From Candidatus Limnocylindria bacterium (GTDB taxonomy: Bacteria > Chloroflexota > Limnocylindria > P2-11E), in contig DASZZF010000006.1 of NCBI GenBank assembly GCA_035543375.1, forward strand, positions 4,464 to 68,463: a stretch of DNA of 64,000 nucleotides, read 5' to 3'. Positions 18,392 through 29,229 of the stretch are shown piece after piece (the first letter of the stretch is position 1; each line of letters starts with the position of its first letter). The position numbers and the translations under genes are program-made. The notes below the pieces were generated by a model, which saw nothing but the letters and a program-made list of their open reading frames with translations, did not search any database and was not told where the DNA came from.

Positions 18392-20154
18392 TCAGCGCGC
18401 CGCGACGCGACCGCGCGGTCGCCTTCCTCCGCAGATACACGTGGCACCTCGCGTTGTTCGCGCTCGTCGCGATCCTCGTCCTGTACCCGATCCACTGGCT
18501 CGTGCGCGGGGCGTTCTGGACGACGCGCCCCGGCGCCCCCGGGGACCTCACGCTCGACAACTTCACCACCGCACTTGCCGACGCCGAGACGTGGCGGCTC
18601 TTTGCGACGAGCGTTGGGATCGCGGGCGCCGTGACGGCGCTCGCGCTCGTGACGGGCATCTTCCTCGCGTGGCTCGTGACGCGCACGGACGTCCCATACC
18701 GCGGCGTCATCGAGGTGCTGGCGCCGCTGCCGTTCTTCGTCCCCGGGCTGCTTCTCACGATGGGTTGGGCCATCCTCGGTAATCCCACGAGCGGCCTCCT
18801 CAACGTCGCGCTCGCGAGCCTGAGCGGAGCGGCGAAGGGACCGTTCAACGTGTACTCGGCGCAGGGCATCATCTTCGTCCTGGCCCTGCCGTCGGCCGCC
18901 TTCGTGTACCTCTTCCTGGTGGGACCGATGCGGAACATGGACACCGGCCTCGAGGAGAGCGCGCGCACGAGCGGCGCGGGACCGGCCCGCGCCTTCCTGA
19001 CCGTGACCACTCCGCTCCTCCTGCCCGCGATCTCGACCGCGGGGATCCTCACCTTTATCTTCGGCCTGGAATCGTTCGAGACCCCAGCCATCCTCGGCAC
19101 GCCCGGAAAGGTCTTCGTCTTCACGAACCAGATCTATCAGTACATCCGGTGGACCACGCCTCCGAACTACGGACCAGCGATGGTGCTCGCGGTCCTGCTC
19201 ACGGTGACGATGCTGACCCTCGTTGCGGTGCAGTGGGGCGTCCTCGGAAGCCGAAGCTTCACCACGGTCACTGGACGCGGCTACCGCGCGCAGCCGATCG
19301 CGCTCCGGGGCTGGACGATGCCGGTGCTCGCGCTCTTCGCCCTCTACGCCGGGGTCGCCGTCGTTCTTCCGGTCGGCCTGATCATCGCGACGAGCTTCTT
19401 CAGCGTCTACGGCTTCTACTCACCGGAGACGCTGACGCTGCAGAACTACATGAAGATGGTCCAGGATCGCCAATTCCTGACGGCGCTCACGAACACGCTT
19501 GGCCTCGCCATCGGCGGCGGCTTCCTCACGATGCTGCTCGGGAGCGCCGCCGCGTATGTCGTCGTTCGGACGCGCTTCCCGCTGCGGCGCCTGATGGATT
19601 GGATCGCGTGGCTCCCGTGGGCGCTTCCCGGCGTCGTGCTCAGTACCGCGATGCTCTGGGCGTACATCCGCCTGCCGATCCCGATCTACGGGACGATCTG
19701 GGTGCTGCTCCTCGCCTATGTGACGTTCGGGCTCCCGCTCGCCTCGCGCACGATGAGCGGCGTGTTCGCGCAGGTCAGCCCCGATCTCGAGGAGAGCGCG
19801 CGTGTCTCGGGCGCGTCGTGGGGCCGGTCGTTCGTCGACGTCCTGCTCGCGCTCGTGCGGCCGGGCTTCGTTGCCGGCTGGTTCCTCGTGGGCTTCGTCT
19901 TCATGCGGACGGTGAGCGTCCCGGCGATGCTCTACGGACCGGGCAGCGAAGTGCTCGCGATGTTCTCGCTCCGGGCGTGGGAGAACAGCCAAGGCTCGGT
20001 CGCTGCCGCGATCGCCACCCTCATGCTCGCGCTGATGGTCACCTTCATCGTTCTCGATCAGATCTTGCGGCGGCTGGCGCACCGGCGGACCGCACGCCCG
20101 ACGGTCGCGCTCCAGGCCGCGACGGCCGCGGCCCCCGCGCGCTTCCCGGCGTGA
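18388..20154 (+). CDS. ABC transporter permease, fused two-domain FbpB/ThiP-like
   Basis: 588 aa with two repeats of six TM helices and two EAA-like loops. GTGA overlap with the ATPase gene. Confidence 0.8.
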
Positions 20155-21341
20155 CGGTGGCTCCGCTCCGGATGGGGATCGCCGGCCTCGGGACAGCGAG
20201 CGCGCTGTCCTTCCCGGCGCTCGCGAGGCATCCGGGCATCCGCATCGTTGCTGCGGCCGACACCCGGCCCTCGGCGCTCGACGCCTTCCGCGCGGAGTAC
20301 GGAGGACGGACGTTCGACAGCGTCGAGGCGCTCTGTGGCGACGATGGCATCGACGTGGTCTACGTCTGCACGCCGAACTTCCTCCATGCGGAGCACGCCG
20401 TCATGGCTGCCGAGCATCGCAAGCACGTGCTCGTCGAGAAGCCGATCGCGGTCACGCTCGAGGAGTGCGACCGGATGATCGCCGCCGCCACGCGGAACCG
20501 CGTGCAGCTCCTCTGTGGTCACACCCAGGCGCACGAACCCGCGGTGAAGGCGATGCGGAAGCTCGTCGAAAGCGGCGACGTCGGCCGGCTCCTCATGATG
20601 AATGCCTGGTGCTTCACCGATCTCCTGCTGCGGCCGCGCGCGGCCTGGGAGCTGGACACCGCGCGCGGCGGGGGCGTCGTATTCATCCAGGCGCCGCATC
20701 AGGTCGATGTCATCCGACTGATCGGGGGAGGCATCGTGCGCGGCGTGCGGGCCGCCGCCGGACTGGGTGACCCGTCGCGGCCGACGGAAGGCCATTACGC
20801 CGCGTTCCTGGATCTCGACGGGGGCGTTCCCGCGACGATCGTGTATTCGGGCTACGCCCACTTCGACAGCGCCGAGTATCACGGCTGGACCGACGGCCAG
20901 GGGTTCGCCCGCGATCCGGACACCCACCGGCGCACGCGCGCGGCCGCGCGAGCCCACCCGGATGAGCCCGCCGAGCGAGAGGCGAAACGTTACGGCGGCG
21001 GCCGGAAGATCGCCGAGCGCCTCGCGGCGGCGCGACGCCAGCCGATCTTCGGAACGACGGTCGTGAGCTGCGAGCGCGGTGACGTCCGTCAGACGCCCGA
21101 CGGACTCAGGATCGACGGCGACGACGGGCCGCGGGACGTGATCGTCGCCACGAGCCCGACCGGTCGCGATGCGATGCTCGACGAGCTCTGCGCGGCGGTG
21201 CGGGGCGAGCGGCCGGCGATCCATGACGGTCCGTGGGCCAAGGCGACGCTCGAGGTGTGCCTCGCGATCATCCGCTCCGGGCGGGAGCGTCGCGAGATCG
21301 TCCTCGAGCACCAGGTGCCGGTCGTGACGACGCGCCGCTAG
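20151..21341 (+). CDS. Gfo/Idh/MocA-family NAD(P)-dependent oxidoreductase
   Basis: Rossmann N-terminus MGIAGLGTASALSFPALARHPGIRIVAAAD and EKPIA motif. The ORF-track start at 19149 overlaps the permease out of frame; the in-frame GTG is at 20151 and an ATG at 20172. Confidence 0.75.
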   Translation: MTVAPLRMGIAGLGTASALSFPALARHPGIRIVAAADTRPSALDAFRAEYGGRTFDSVEALCGDDGIDVVYVCTPNFLHAEHAVMAAEHRKHVLVEKPIAVTLEECDRMIAAATRNRVQLLCGHTQAHEPAVKAMRKLVESGDVGRLLMMNAWCFTDLLLRPRAAWELDTARGGGVVFIQAPHQVDVIRLIGGGIVRGVRAAAGLGDPSRPTEGHYAAFLDLDGGVPATIVYSGYAHFDSAEYHGWTDGQGFARDPDTHRRTRAAARAHPDEPAEREAKRYGGGRKIAERLAAARRQPIFGTTVVSCERGDVRQTPDGLRIDGDDGPRDVIVATSPTGRDAMLDELCAAVRGERPAIHDGPWAKATLEVCLAIIRSGRERREIVLEHQVPVVTTRR

Positions 21342-22498
21342 GTCGCGGGGGCGGCGGTGCGCGGCTCGTCATACGAGACGAATCCACGGCCCGCGAGGAG
21401 GCTTGTCCCGATCGAGTGGTACAGCTCGCTCGATGCACCGAGCGTCGCGCGAAGCCGGAGCGCGCGCTTGTAGTAGAAGTGGAGGTCGTGGTCCCAGGTG
21501 AACCCGATCCCGCCGTGGACCTGGATCGCCTCGCTCGCGATCATCCGATACCCGTCGTTGCACACGGCCTTCGCGACCTCCACGATCGGATCGTCCGAGC
21601 CGTGGCTGCCGGCCGCCGATGCAGCCGCGTAGGCGAGGCCCCGCATCCCCTCGAGCGCGAGCTGCATATCGGCGAGCTTGTGCTTCACCGCCTGGAACGA
21701 CCCGATCGGCCGGTCGAATTGCACCCGCTGCTTCGCGTACTCGACGCTCAGCTCGATCGCGCGCTGCGCGCCCCCGACCATATCGGCACAGAGCGCGGCG
21801 CGAGCCGCGCGGATGACCGGCTCGAGCACGGTCCAGCCGGCGCCCGGAGCACCGAGCACGTGATCGCGCGGGACGCGAACGTCGTGGTACTCGACGCTGG
21901 CGGCGCGTGCGGTCCGGTCAGCGAGATCCACCGGCGCGGCGCCGAATCCGGCGCTCTCGGCCGGTACCGCGAAAAGCGTCGGACCGTCCGCCGTCTGGGC
22001 GAAGGTGAGCACGAGGTCGGCGTCGGCACCGAACGGCACGATCGGCGTGCTGCCGTCGACGAGCCAGCTCTCGCCGTCGCGCCGCGCGGATACCGGCATC
22101 GCCGGGCGGTCATTCGGCAGGTGGAAGGGTCCCATCGCGACGATGAGGGTGCCGCCCGCGAGCGCCGACAGCCAGCCGTCCGCCCGCGCAGGGACCGCGG
22201 CCGATCCGATCGCGAGGGCGCCGACGACCGCGGTCTCGAGCAGCGGGAGCGGCGCGATGGCACGCCCGGCCTCTTCGAGCACCATCGTGAGATCGCCGAG
22301 TACCAGGCCGGAGCCGCCGTGCCGCTCCGGTACGAGGGCCCCGATCCAGCCGAGGCGCGCGGCGGACGTCCACAGGTCACGCTCGAAGACACCACCATCG
22401 AGGCCGCGGCGGAGCCGCTCGCTCGGGAGCTCCCGCGAGAAGAACGCGCGGGCCGAGCGCTGCAGGTCCCGTTGCTCGTCGTTCGGCCCGAAGTGCAT
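21338..22498 (-). CDS. Acyl-CoA dehydrogenase family protein (downstream member of an adjacent pair)
   Basis: ACAD fold, with the start at MHFGPNDEQRDLQRSARAFFSRELP. The ORF-track extension to 22609 precedes it. Convergent CTAG stop overlap with the Gfo gene. Confidence 0.75.
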   Translation of the reverse strand: MHFGPNDEQRDLQRSARAFFSRELPSERLRRGLDGGVFERDLWTSAARLGWIGALVPERHGGSGLVLGDLTMVLEEAGRAIAPLPLLETAVVGALAIGSAAVPARADGWLSALAGGTLIVAMGPFHLPNDRPAMPVSARRDGESWLVDGSTPIVPFGADADLVLTFAQTADGPTLFAVPAESAGFGAAPVDLADRTARAASVEYHDVRVPRDHVLGAPGAGWTVLEPVIRAARAALCADMVGGAQRAIELSVEYAKQRVQFDRPIGSFQAVKHKLADMQLALEGMRGLAYAAASAAGSHGSDDPIVEVAKAVCNDGYRMIASEAIQVHGGIGFTWDHDLHFYYKRALRLRATLGASSELYHSIGTSLLAGRGFVSYDEPRTAAPAT

Positions 22499-22500
22499 CG

Positions 22501-23688
<1,188 letters not shown>

Positions 23689-23768
23689 CGACGAGGCGAA
23701 ATGTAGGTCGGCCGCTCGATCCGCGCTGGGTTGCTCGGGTCGGGCACGCGCCGTACGCTCGGGTCGCG

Positions 23769-24926
23769 ATGAAGAGCGCGGAACGCATACCGGTCGAGCG
23801 GGTCGTCGACAACCGCACCTATTGGGATCCTCGCGTGTTCGATCTCGAGATGGAGCGGATCTTCGCGAAGGCCTGGGTCTTCGCCTGCCACGAAAGCGAG
23901 CTGCGCGAGCCAGGCGATTACATCACCATCGACGTCGCGCGAAGCCCGGTCATCGTGAATCGCGACAGGTCCGGCCGGCTTCGCGCGTTCTACAACACCT
24001 GCCGGCACCGGGCGAGCCTCGTCGTGAAGGACGAGAGCGGGCATTGCTCGTCGTTCCGCTGTCCCTATCACTTCTGGGTCTATTCCCTCGAGGGCGAGCT
24101 CATCGGGATACCCGAGGAGTCGGCGTACGACGACACTGGCTTCCGCAAGGAAGAGTTCCCGCTCGTCGCCGTGGCGTGCGAATCGGTGCTGGGCCTCGTG
24201 TTCGTGAACCTTTCGCCGGAGCACGAGTCACTCGAGGACTGGCTCGGCAAGGGCGTTATCGACGTGCTGCGGACGCCGCTCGAGAATGGGACGTTCGAGG
24301 TCTTCAACCGGAAAAAGATCGACGTGAAGGCCAACTGGAAGGTCTGGGGCGAGAACTCGCGGGATGGCTATCACGTGCCGTTCGTACACCCGTTCTTCCG
24401 CCGGGCAAGCCCGCCGGGGGAATACACGCTGCTCGACAACGGCCACGCGGTGCAGCTGCTGGGCATGGACCCGAAGGGGATCGAGCCGGCGCTCTGGGAG
24501 AGCCTCCAGCGGCACCCGCTGCCCGGTGTCGGCGTCGGGGAAGGCTACATCGTGACGATCTTCCCCGACCTCGGGATCACGCTGCGATCGAGCGTCATCT
24601 CGATCGACTCCCAGGTCATCAACGGTCCGGAGTCGGTGACCTTGTCCGGCCGCCAGCTCGGTCTCGTGGGCGACAGCGACGCGGTGCGCGAGGATCGCAA
24701 GCTGTCCTGGCTCACGTGGTTCAACAACCCGGTGGAGCTCGAGGACCATCCCATCTTCGAAGGGCAGCAGCGCGGCGTGTCCTCGCGAGGAGTGCGGTAC
24801 AGCATCATCGCCCGAGGCCGGGACACGACCGTCGGCCTTCGTGGCGACGACAACCGGCTCCGGCACTTCTGGGTCCAGTGGCGCGAGATGATGGGAGTGG
24901 ACGCCAATTCGATCGATCCGCAATGA
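23769..24926 (+). CDS. Rieske non-heme-iron oxygenase alpha subunit, alpha-only type (no beta-subunit gene adjacent)
   Basis: Rieske motif CRHRASLVVKDESGHCSSFRCPYHFW. Iron ligands in NWKVWGENSRDGYHVPFVHP. Length 385 aa. Paralogous to the alpha subunit at 2549. The ORF-track start at 23493 is an artefact. Confidence 0.75.
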   Translation: MKSAERIPVERVVDNRTYWDPRVFDLEMERIFAKAWVFACHESELREPGDYITIDVARSPVIVNRDRSGRLRAFYNTCRHRASLVVKDESGHCSSFRCPYHFWVYSLEGELIGIPEESAYDDTGFRKEEFPLVAVACESVLGLVFVNLSPEHESLEDWLGKGVIDVLRTPLENGTFEVFNRKKIDVKANWKVWGENSRDGYHVPFVHPFFRRASPPGEYTLLDNGHAVQLLGMDPKGIEPALWESLQRHPLPGVGVGEGYIVTIFPDLGITLRSSVISIDSQVINGPESVTLSGRQLGLVGDSDAVREDRKLSWLTWFNNPVELEDHPIFEGQQRGVSSRGVRYSIIARGRDTTVGLRGDDNRLRHFWVQWREMMGVDANSIDPQ

Positions 24927-25441
24927 CTCCGGCCGCCCGCGCATCCGGCTACCTGCTCACCGTCGACGATCTGCCCCGCTACGCGAAGCCGGATCGGCGG
25001 CTCGAGCTCGTCGACGGTCACCTGTTCGTGTCTGCGCTCGAGACGCCGTACCTCGAGCGCTTCATCGCCAACGCCGACCGGGTCGTCCGTGGCGCCGCCC
25101 GCGGGCTCGACGTGCGTACGAACGAGCCGATCGAATTCGATCCACGGAACCTGCTCATCCCCGACATCGCCGTCCTTGGAGAGGATCACCTGGCGCGGCT
25201 GATCGTCGAGGTCCGCTCCGATTCCACCGAGCGCTACGCGCTCGGCCCGAAGCGGATGGTGTATTCACGCGCGCGCATCGCTGAGTACTGGTTCCTCGAC
25301 CCGCGGGCGTCGAGCGTTGCCGTGCTGCGTTTCACCGCGCGAGAGCCCGACTACGTGTGGCCCCCCCGGTATTTCCACCCCGGCGACGAGCTACCCGCCG
25401 GAGTGCTGCCCGCGCTCGCTGTCGCGCAGTTCTTCGGCTAG
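24923..25441 (+). CDS. Uma2-family (DUF820) putative endonuclease
   Basis: 172 aa, reading LIVEVRSDSTERYALGPKRMVYSRARIAEYWFLDPRASSVAVLRF, which is typical of Uma2 proteins. ATGA overlap with the upstream gene. Confidence 0.6.
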   Translation: MTPAARASGYLLTVDDLPRYAKPDRRLELVDGHLFVSALETPYLERFIANADRVVRGAARGLDVRTNEPIEFDPRNLLIPDIAVLGEDHLARLIVEVRSDSTERYALGPKRMVYSRARIAEYWFLDPRASSVAVLRFTAREPDYVWPPRYFHPGDELPAGVLPALAVAQFFG

Positions 25442-26616
25442 CGCGGCTCCTTTTCGATCCGGACGATCCGCTCGGGCGGCGGCGTCTGCTCGGCCCGGTC
25501 GCGGACGATGAGCTTGCCGTCGACGAGGATGCAGGAGATCCCCGGGAGGTCGCCTTGCGCGATCGATTCGAGCGCGCTCGTTGCGACGGAGCCCTGGACG
25601 TGACCCATGATGACCACGTCGGCCGGCCGGCCCGTCGCGATGATGCCGACGTCGAGGCCATGGGCTTTGGCCACTGACCCGGAGGCCATGCAGATGGCCT
25701 CTTCCGGCGGCAGGCCGTTGATCCCACTCGGGAAGAGCAGGTTGCGCAGCATCCCGCGCGGCATGATGCCGGCGCCAGAGGGCGTGTCGGTACCGAAGAT
25801 CACGCGATCCCAGGCCTTGTGCTTCTTCACCATTTCGTAGAACTCGTAGTTGCGCCGGTAGTTCGCGCCGCTCACGACCTCGAGCCAGCATTTCGTCTCG
25901 GTGATGACGCGCTCCATGTCCTTGGCGGACATCGCGATCGGTCCGCCGGTGATGTGACCCACGACGTCCGGCTGGAGCATCTCGATCTCCTCGGCGAATG
26001 CCGGCTGCGACACGCCCGAGCGTGACACGCCGCCGGAATGCACCTTCGTCGTGATGCCGCGCGCGCGGGACCATTTGATGTAGGCGCGTCCCTCGTCCGG
26101 GTCCTTGTGGAACGGATAGAAGATGAACTTCACGTTCGTGCAGCCCGCCTGCGCGAGCTGGTCGAACGAGCTTTCATCGAACCCGGGCACGGCGAGGAGG
26201 GTGCCCGCGCGTACCTTCACGCCCCCGGGCCGGTGCGCGCTCCACAGCTTCCGCGCGACGATGGCTTCGTACAGGAGGATCTGCGGATCCGGCGGGTCGT
26301 ACGGCAGCCCGGGCAGGTGCTGCTCGCCGGCCGAGACCATCGTGGTCGTCCCGCTCCCGTGGAGGTACGCGCGGATCCAGCCGACGCTGTTGGCCACCGG
26401 CGTGTGATCGCCGAACGTCGGGTGCACATGGCTGTCGACCAGACCCGGCGTGACGGTCAGGCCGTTCGCGTCAATGACCGTGTCGGCGTCCGTCCGCGAG
26501 CTGCCGACCTCCCGGAAGAGGCCGTCCTCGATGTAGATGGCATCGGCCTCGATGAGCGGGTGCGCGAGATCTCCGGAGACGAGCGCGCCGATGTTCCTGA
26601 TCAGCACGGATGACAT
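25438..26616 (-). CDS. Metal-dependent amidohydrolase (enamidase-like); paralog 3 of 3
   Basis: Reads TPGLVDSHVHPTFGDHTP...GRPADVVIMG. RBS GGAGGA lies 4 nt before the second ATG (MSSVLIRNIGALVSGD). Convergent CTAG stop overlap with the Uma2 gene. Confidence 0.65.
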   Translation of the reverse strand: MSSVLIRNIGALVSGDLAHPLIEADAIYIEDGLFREVGSSRTDADTVIDANGLTVTPGLVDSHVHPTFGDHTPVANSVGWIRAYLHGSGTTTMVSAGEQHLPGLPYDPPDPQILLYEAIVARKLWSAHRPGGVKVRAGTLLAVPGFDESSFDQLAQAGCTNVKFIFYPFHKDPDEGRAYIKWSRARGITTKVHSGGVSRSGVSQPAFAEEIEMLQPDVVGHITGGPIAMSAKDMERVITETKCWLEVVSGANYRRNYEFYEMVKKHKAWDRVIFGTDTPSGAGIMPRGMLRNLLFPSGINGLPPEEAICMASGSVAKAHGLDVGIIATGRPADVVIMGHVQGSVATSALESIAQGDLPGISCILVDGKLIVRDRAEQTPPPERIVRIEKEPR

Positions 26617-26628
26617 GCAGTCCTCCAA

Positions 26629-27399
26629 TTATCCGATCGAGATCGCTTCGTGACGCGCGAGCAGCGCCCGGAACGCGCTCATCGCCGTTAACTTGCCGGT
26701 GCGCGGATTCTCTTCGCTGGGCACGTTCTGCACTTCCACGCGAAGCGAGCCGAACGTGCCCGTGGCCTCGACGACATGCTGATTCCGATCGGCCGCGGGG
26801 TCCGCGATGACGCACATCTCGGTGTCGTCAAGACCGATCCCAGCCAGGCTCACCGCTGCCACGACGTTCGCGCTGTCGGGAAAGCGCAATACACCCGCCC
26901 GGGCGGGACCGCGATACAGCTCGCGCGGGCCGGTCAGCTCACCGGCAGCGTCGCCGAGCAGGGTGCGGGCCGGCTTGCGGATCGTGTGGGTCACCGTCGT
27001 CAATCCTCCGGCGGCCGCCGCGGCGAGCGCGTCGAGACCCGCGATCGCGCCCGACGCGACCCGGAGGCGCGCGCGTCCCGCCCGCGCAGCGGCACCGAGC
27101 TCATCGACGAAGCCGGGGTCCGCGAGCGCGCCGACCGCGAGCACGATGAGATCGCATCCCGCGCGGAGCACGGCCGGACCATACGTGCGGAGCGCCTCAT
27201 GTCCCGCGCCCTCGATGATCACCTCGGGTCGCAGCGCGAGCAGCTCGTCGAGCGTCGCGACGGCCGGGGGCGTGCTTGCGGCTCGCGGCCGCGCGGTGTC
27301 GCGAACGAGCGCACCGACGATCTCGATGTCACCCCGCCCGAGGGCGAGGCGACAGACGCCGAGACCGATCGCCCCGAGACCGATCAGTCCGACGCGCAT
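26629..27399 (-). CDS. Aspartate dehydrogenase (NadX) domain protein
   Basis: Reads MRVGLIGLGAIG...VASGAIAGLD...VIADPAADRNQHVVEATGTFGSLRVEVQNVPSEENPRTGKLTAMSAFRALL, which aligns with NadX hallmarks. The TGATG start overlaps the GntR stop. Confidence 0.7.
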   Translation of the reverse strand: MRVGLIGLGAIGLGVCRLALGRGDIEIVGALVRDTARPRAASTPPAVATLDELLALRPEVIIEGAGHEALRTYGPAVLRAGCDLIVLAVGALADPGFVDELGAAARAGRARLRVASGAIAGLDALAAAAAGGLTTVTHTIRKPARTLLGDAAGELTGPRELYRGPARAGVLRFPDSANVVAAVSLAGIGLDDTEMCVIADPAADRNQHVVEATGTFGSLRVEVQNVPSEENPRTGKLTAMSAFRALLARHEAISIG

Positions 27400-28133
27400 C
27401 AGCCCTGGTCGTCGTTCGGACCGGCGAGCGCGGCGCGCTCGGCGAACAGGCGCTCCACGCTGCGCCGGGTGCCCTCGATGTGCGCCTTCAGGACGCCGCG
27501 GGCCCGCGGCAGGTCGCGTTTGCGGAGCGCCACGATGATCTCGTGATGCTCGCCCTGTGCTTCCGACGGCCGGTGGACGCCGCGGCCCGCGCTCCAGAGG
27601 TGCAGGTACCGCTCATTGCGCGCCGCGAGCTGCTCGACGAGCGTCATCGTCATGTGCGCGCCGGATGGCTCGTAGAGCGCCTGATGGAAGTCGCGGTTCC
27701 GCTGCAGCCATGCCCGGTGATCCCGGAGCGACGTCATGTCGCTGTTGATGTCGTCGAGGCGCTTCAGCCGCGCGGCGTCGATGTGCGGAAATGCCTTTCG
27801 GAGGAGATGCGTCTCGAGGAGCGACCGCATGTCGAAGATCTCGTTGACCCGGTCGATCGTGAGGCCGGTGATCCGCACGCGGTGATGCGCCTCGACGCTG
27901 ATGAGCCCTTCCGCCTGGATCTGCCGCAGGGCCTCGCGGACCGGCACACGCGACACCCCGAAATGACGCGCGAGCTCGACCTGGCTCAGGACCTCGCTGT
28001 CCTGGAACGCGCCCGTCAGGATCGCCTCGCGGAGCGAATCCGCGATGAGGTCCGGCGTCGTGCGCCGCTCGGCGAGTGCCGGCGTCACGCGCACCGCTCG
28101 CATTCCGGTCCGTGCACTTGTCAACGGGCGCAA
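27399..28133 (-). CDS. GntR-family transcriptional regulator (FadR/FCD subfamily)
   Basis: N-terminal winged HTH (LSQVELARHFGVSRVPVREALRQIQAEGLI) plus a C-terminal all-helical FCD-like domain. It is the first gene of the minus-strand operon. Confidence 0.8.
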   Translation of the reverse strand: MRPLTSARTGMRAVRVTPALAERRTTPDLIADSLREAILTGAFQDSEVLSQVELARHFGVSRVPVREALRQIQAEGLISVEAHHRVRITGLTIDRVNEIFDMRSLLETHLLRKAFPHIDAARLKRLDDINSDMTSLRDHRAWLQRNRDFHQALYEPSGAHMTMTLVEQLAARNERYLHLWSAGRGVHRPSEAQGEHHEIIVALRKRDLPRARGVLKAHIEGTRRSVERLFAERAALAGPNDDQG

Positions 28134-28134
28134 C

Positions 28135-28142
28135 TGTATACT
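28135..28142. promoter_or_regulatory. CTGTATAC half-palindrome in the 55-bp divergent region between the GntR operon and the DHDPS-like / cyclodeaminase-like operon
   Basis: Same core as the other TGTATACA sites. A -35-like TTGTCA lies 13 nt upstream, and the reverse complement gives TTGACA for the minus-strand promoter. Confidence 0.3.
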
Positions 28143-28188
28143 CGATGCAGTTTTGCCGGGCTCGCGTAGCCGCTGGGGAGGACATCAG

Positions 28189-29226
28189 ATGGGACTTCCG
28201 TATCGCCGCGCGGAGGCGAAAGAGCGCGCACGCGCGGAATGGCGTGGCTGCTGCAACGTCACGCTGCCATCGTTCACCGATGACTTCAGCGGGCTGAATG
28301 AGGGTGGGATCCGTCACGATGTGCGGCGCGCCGCCGAGCTGGGCTTCTGGGGAACGCTTGTCGCGTCGGAATGCGGGACGACGCTGGACGAATACCTCCG
28401 CTTCATGGAGGTCGCCGCGGAGGCCGCGCCGGCGGGCCTCAAGCTCGTCTATCACGCGAGCTTCGACACGGCCGAGGAGACGATCGTCGCGGCGAAGGCC
28501 GCCGAGGGCCTCGGCTATGAGGCGGCGCTGTTCTCGTATCCACCGTCCTTCCGGCCCAAGTCGGCGCAGGACATCGTCTCGTACACCGCCGAGTTCGCTG
28601 CACATTCGGACCTCGCGCTCATCGCGTTCGCGGTGACGACGTGGGGCTTCCGGGCGCTGCACCCGAGCCACTTCCCGCCCGAGGCGCTCGAGGCGATCGC
28701 GAAGCTCGAGACCGCGGCCGCGATCAAGTACGAGGCATCACCTCCCGGCATGGTCGCCGGGCTGGCGGACATCCTCCGGCGCTGCGGGAAGCATGTGATC
28801 GTCGAGTGTCCGATGGAGCAATACGCGCCCGGCCTCGTCGAATGGTTCGGCATGCAGTGGATCGGGACGAGCGCGTACGAGTCGTTCGGCGACCGCGTCC
28901 CGCGGTGGTTCCGCATGCTGCACGAAGGCAAGTTCGATGAAGCGATGGAGCTCTACTGGAGCTATCAGGCGGCGCGCGACGCGAAGGGCCAGTTCCACCA
29001 GTCGTTCGCGGGCGCCAACCTCATCCACCGCGTTGGCTGGAAATACCTCGGGTGGCTCCAGGGCTTCAATGGCGGTCTGCTGCGCATGCCGCAGATGCGC
29101 CTCAACGGTGGCCAGATGCGACAGCTGCGTCAGGGCCTGCAGGCGTCCGGGTTCGAGCTGCCGAAGGATGACGAGGGCTTTTACGCGGGTCGCGTACCCG
29201 CGGCGACGCTCGCCGGGGTGCGCTAG
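28189..29226 (+). CDS. DHDPS/NAL-family protein (DapA-like class I aldolase/deaminase)
   Basis: TIM-barrel DHDPS-family sequence. RBS GGGGAGGA precedes the ATG at 28189. The ORF-track start at 28045 lies upstream of the promoter. Confidence 0.6.
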   Translation: MGLPYRRAEAKERARAEWRGCCNVTLPSFTDDFSGLNEGGIRHDVRRAAELGFWGTLVASECGTTLDEYLRFMEVAAEAAPAGLKLVYHASFDTAEETIVAAKAAEGLGYEAALFSYPPSFRPKSAQDIVSYTAEFAAHSDLALIAFAVTTWGFRALHPSHFPPEALEAIAKLETAAAIKYEASPPGMVAGLADILRRCGKHVIVECPMEQYAPGLVEWFGMQWIGTSAYESFGDRVPRWFRMLHEGKFDEAMELYWSYQAARDAKGQFHQSFAGANLIHRVGWKYLGWLQGFNGGLLRMPQMRLNGGQMRQLRQGLQASGFELPKDDEGFYAGRVPAATLAGVR

Positions 29227-29229
29227 CGA

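Noticed and set aside
19149-20150. N-terminal 334 aa of the 730-aa ORF ending at 21341
   Set aside because: This part overlaps the permease gene in another frame. The Gfo/Idh/MocA Rossmann N-terminus begins at 20151-20172.
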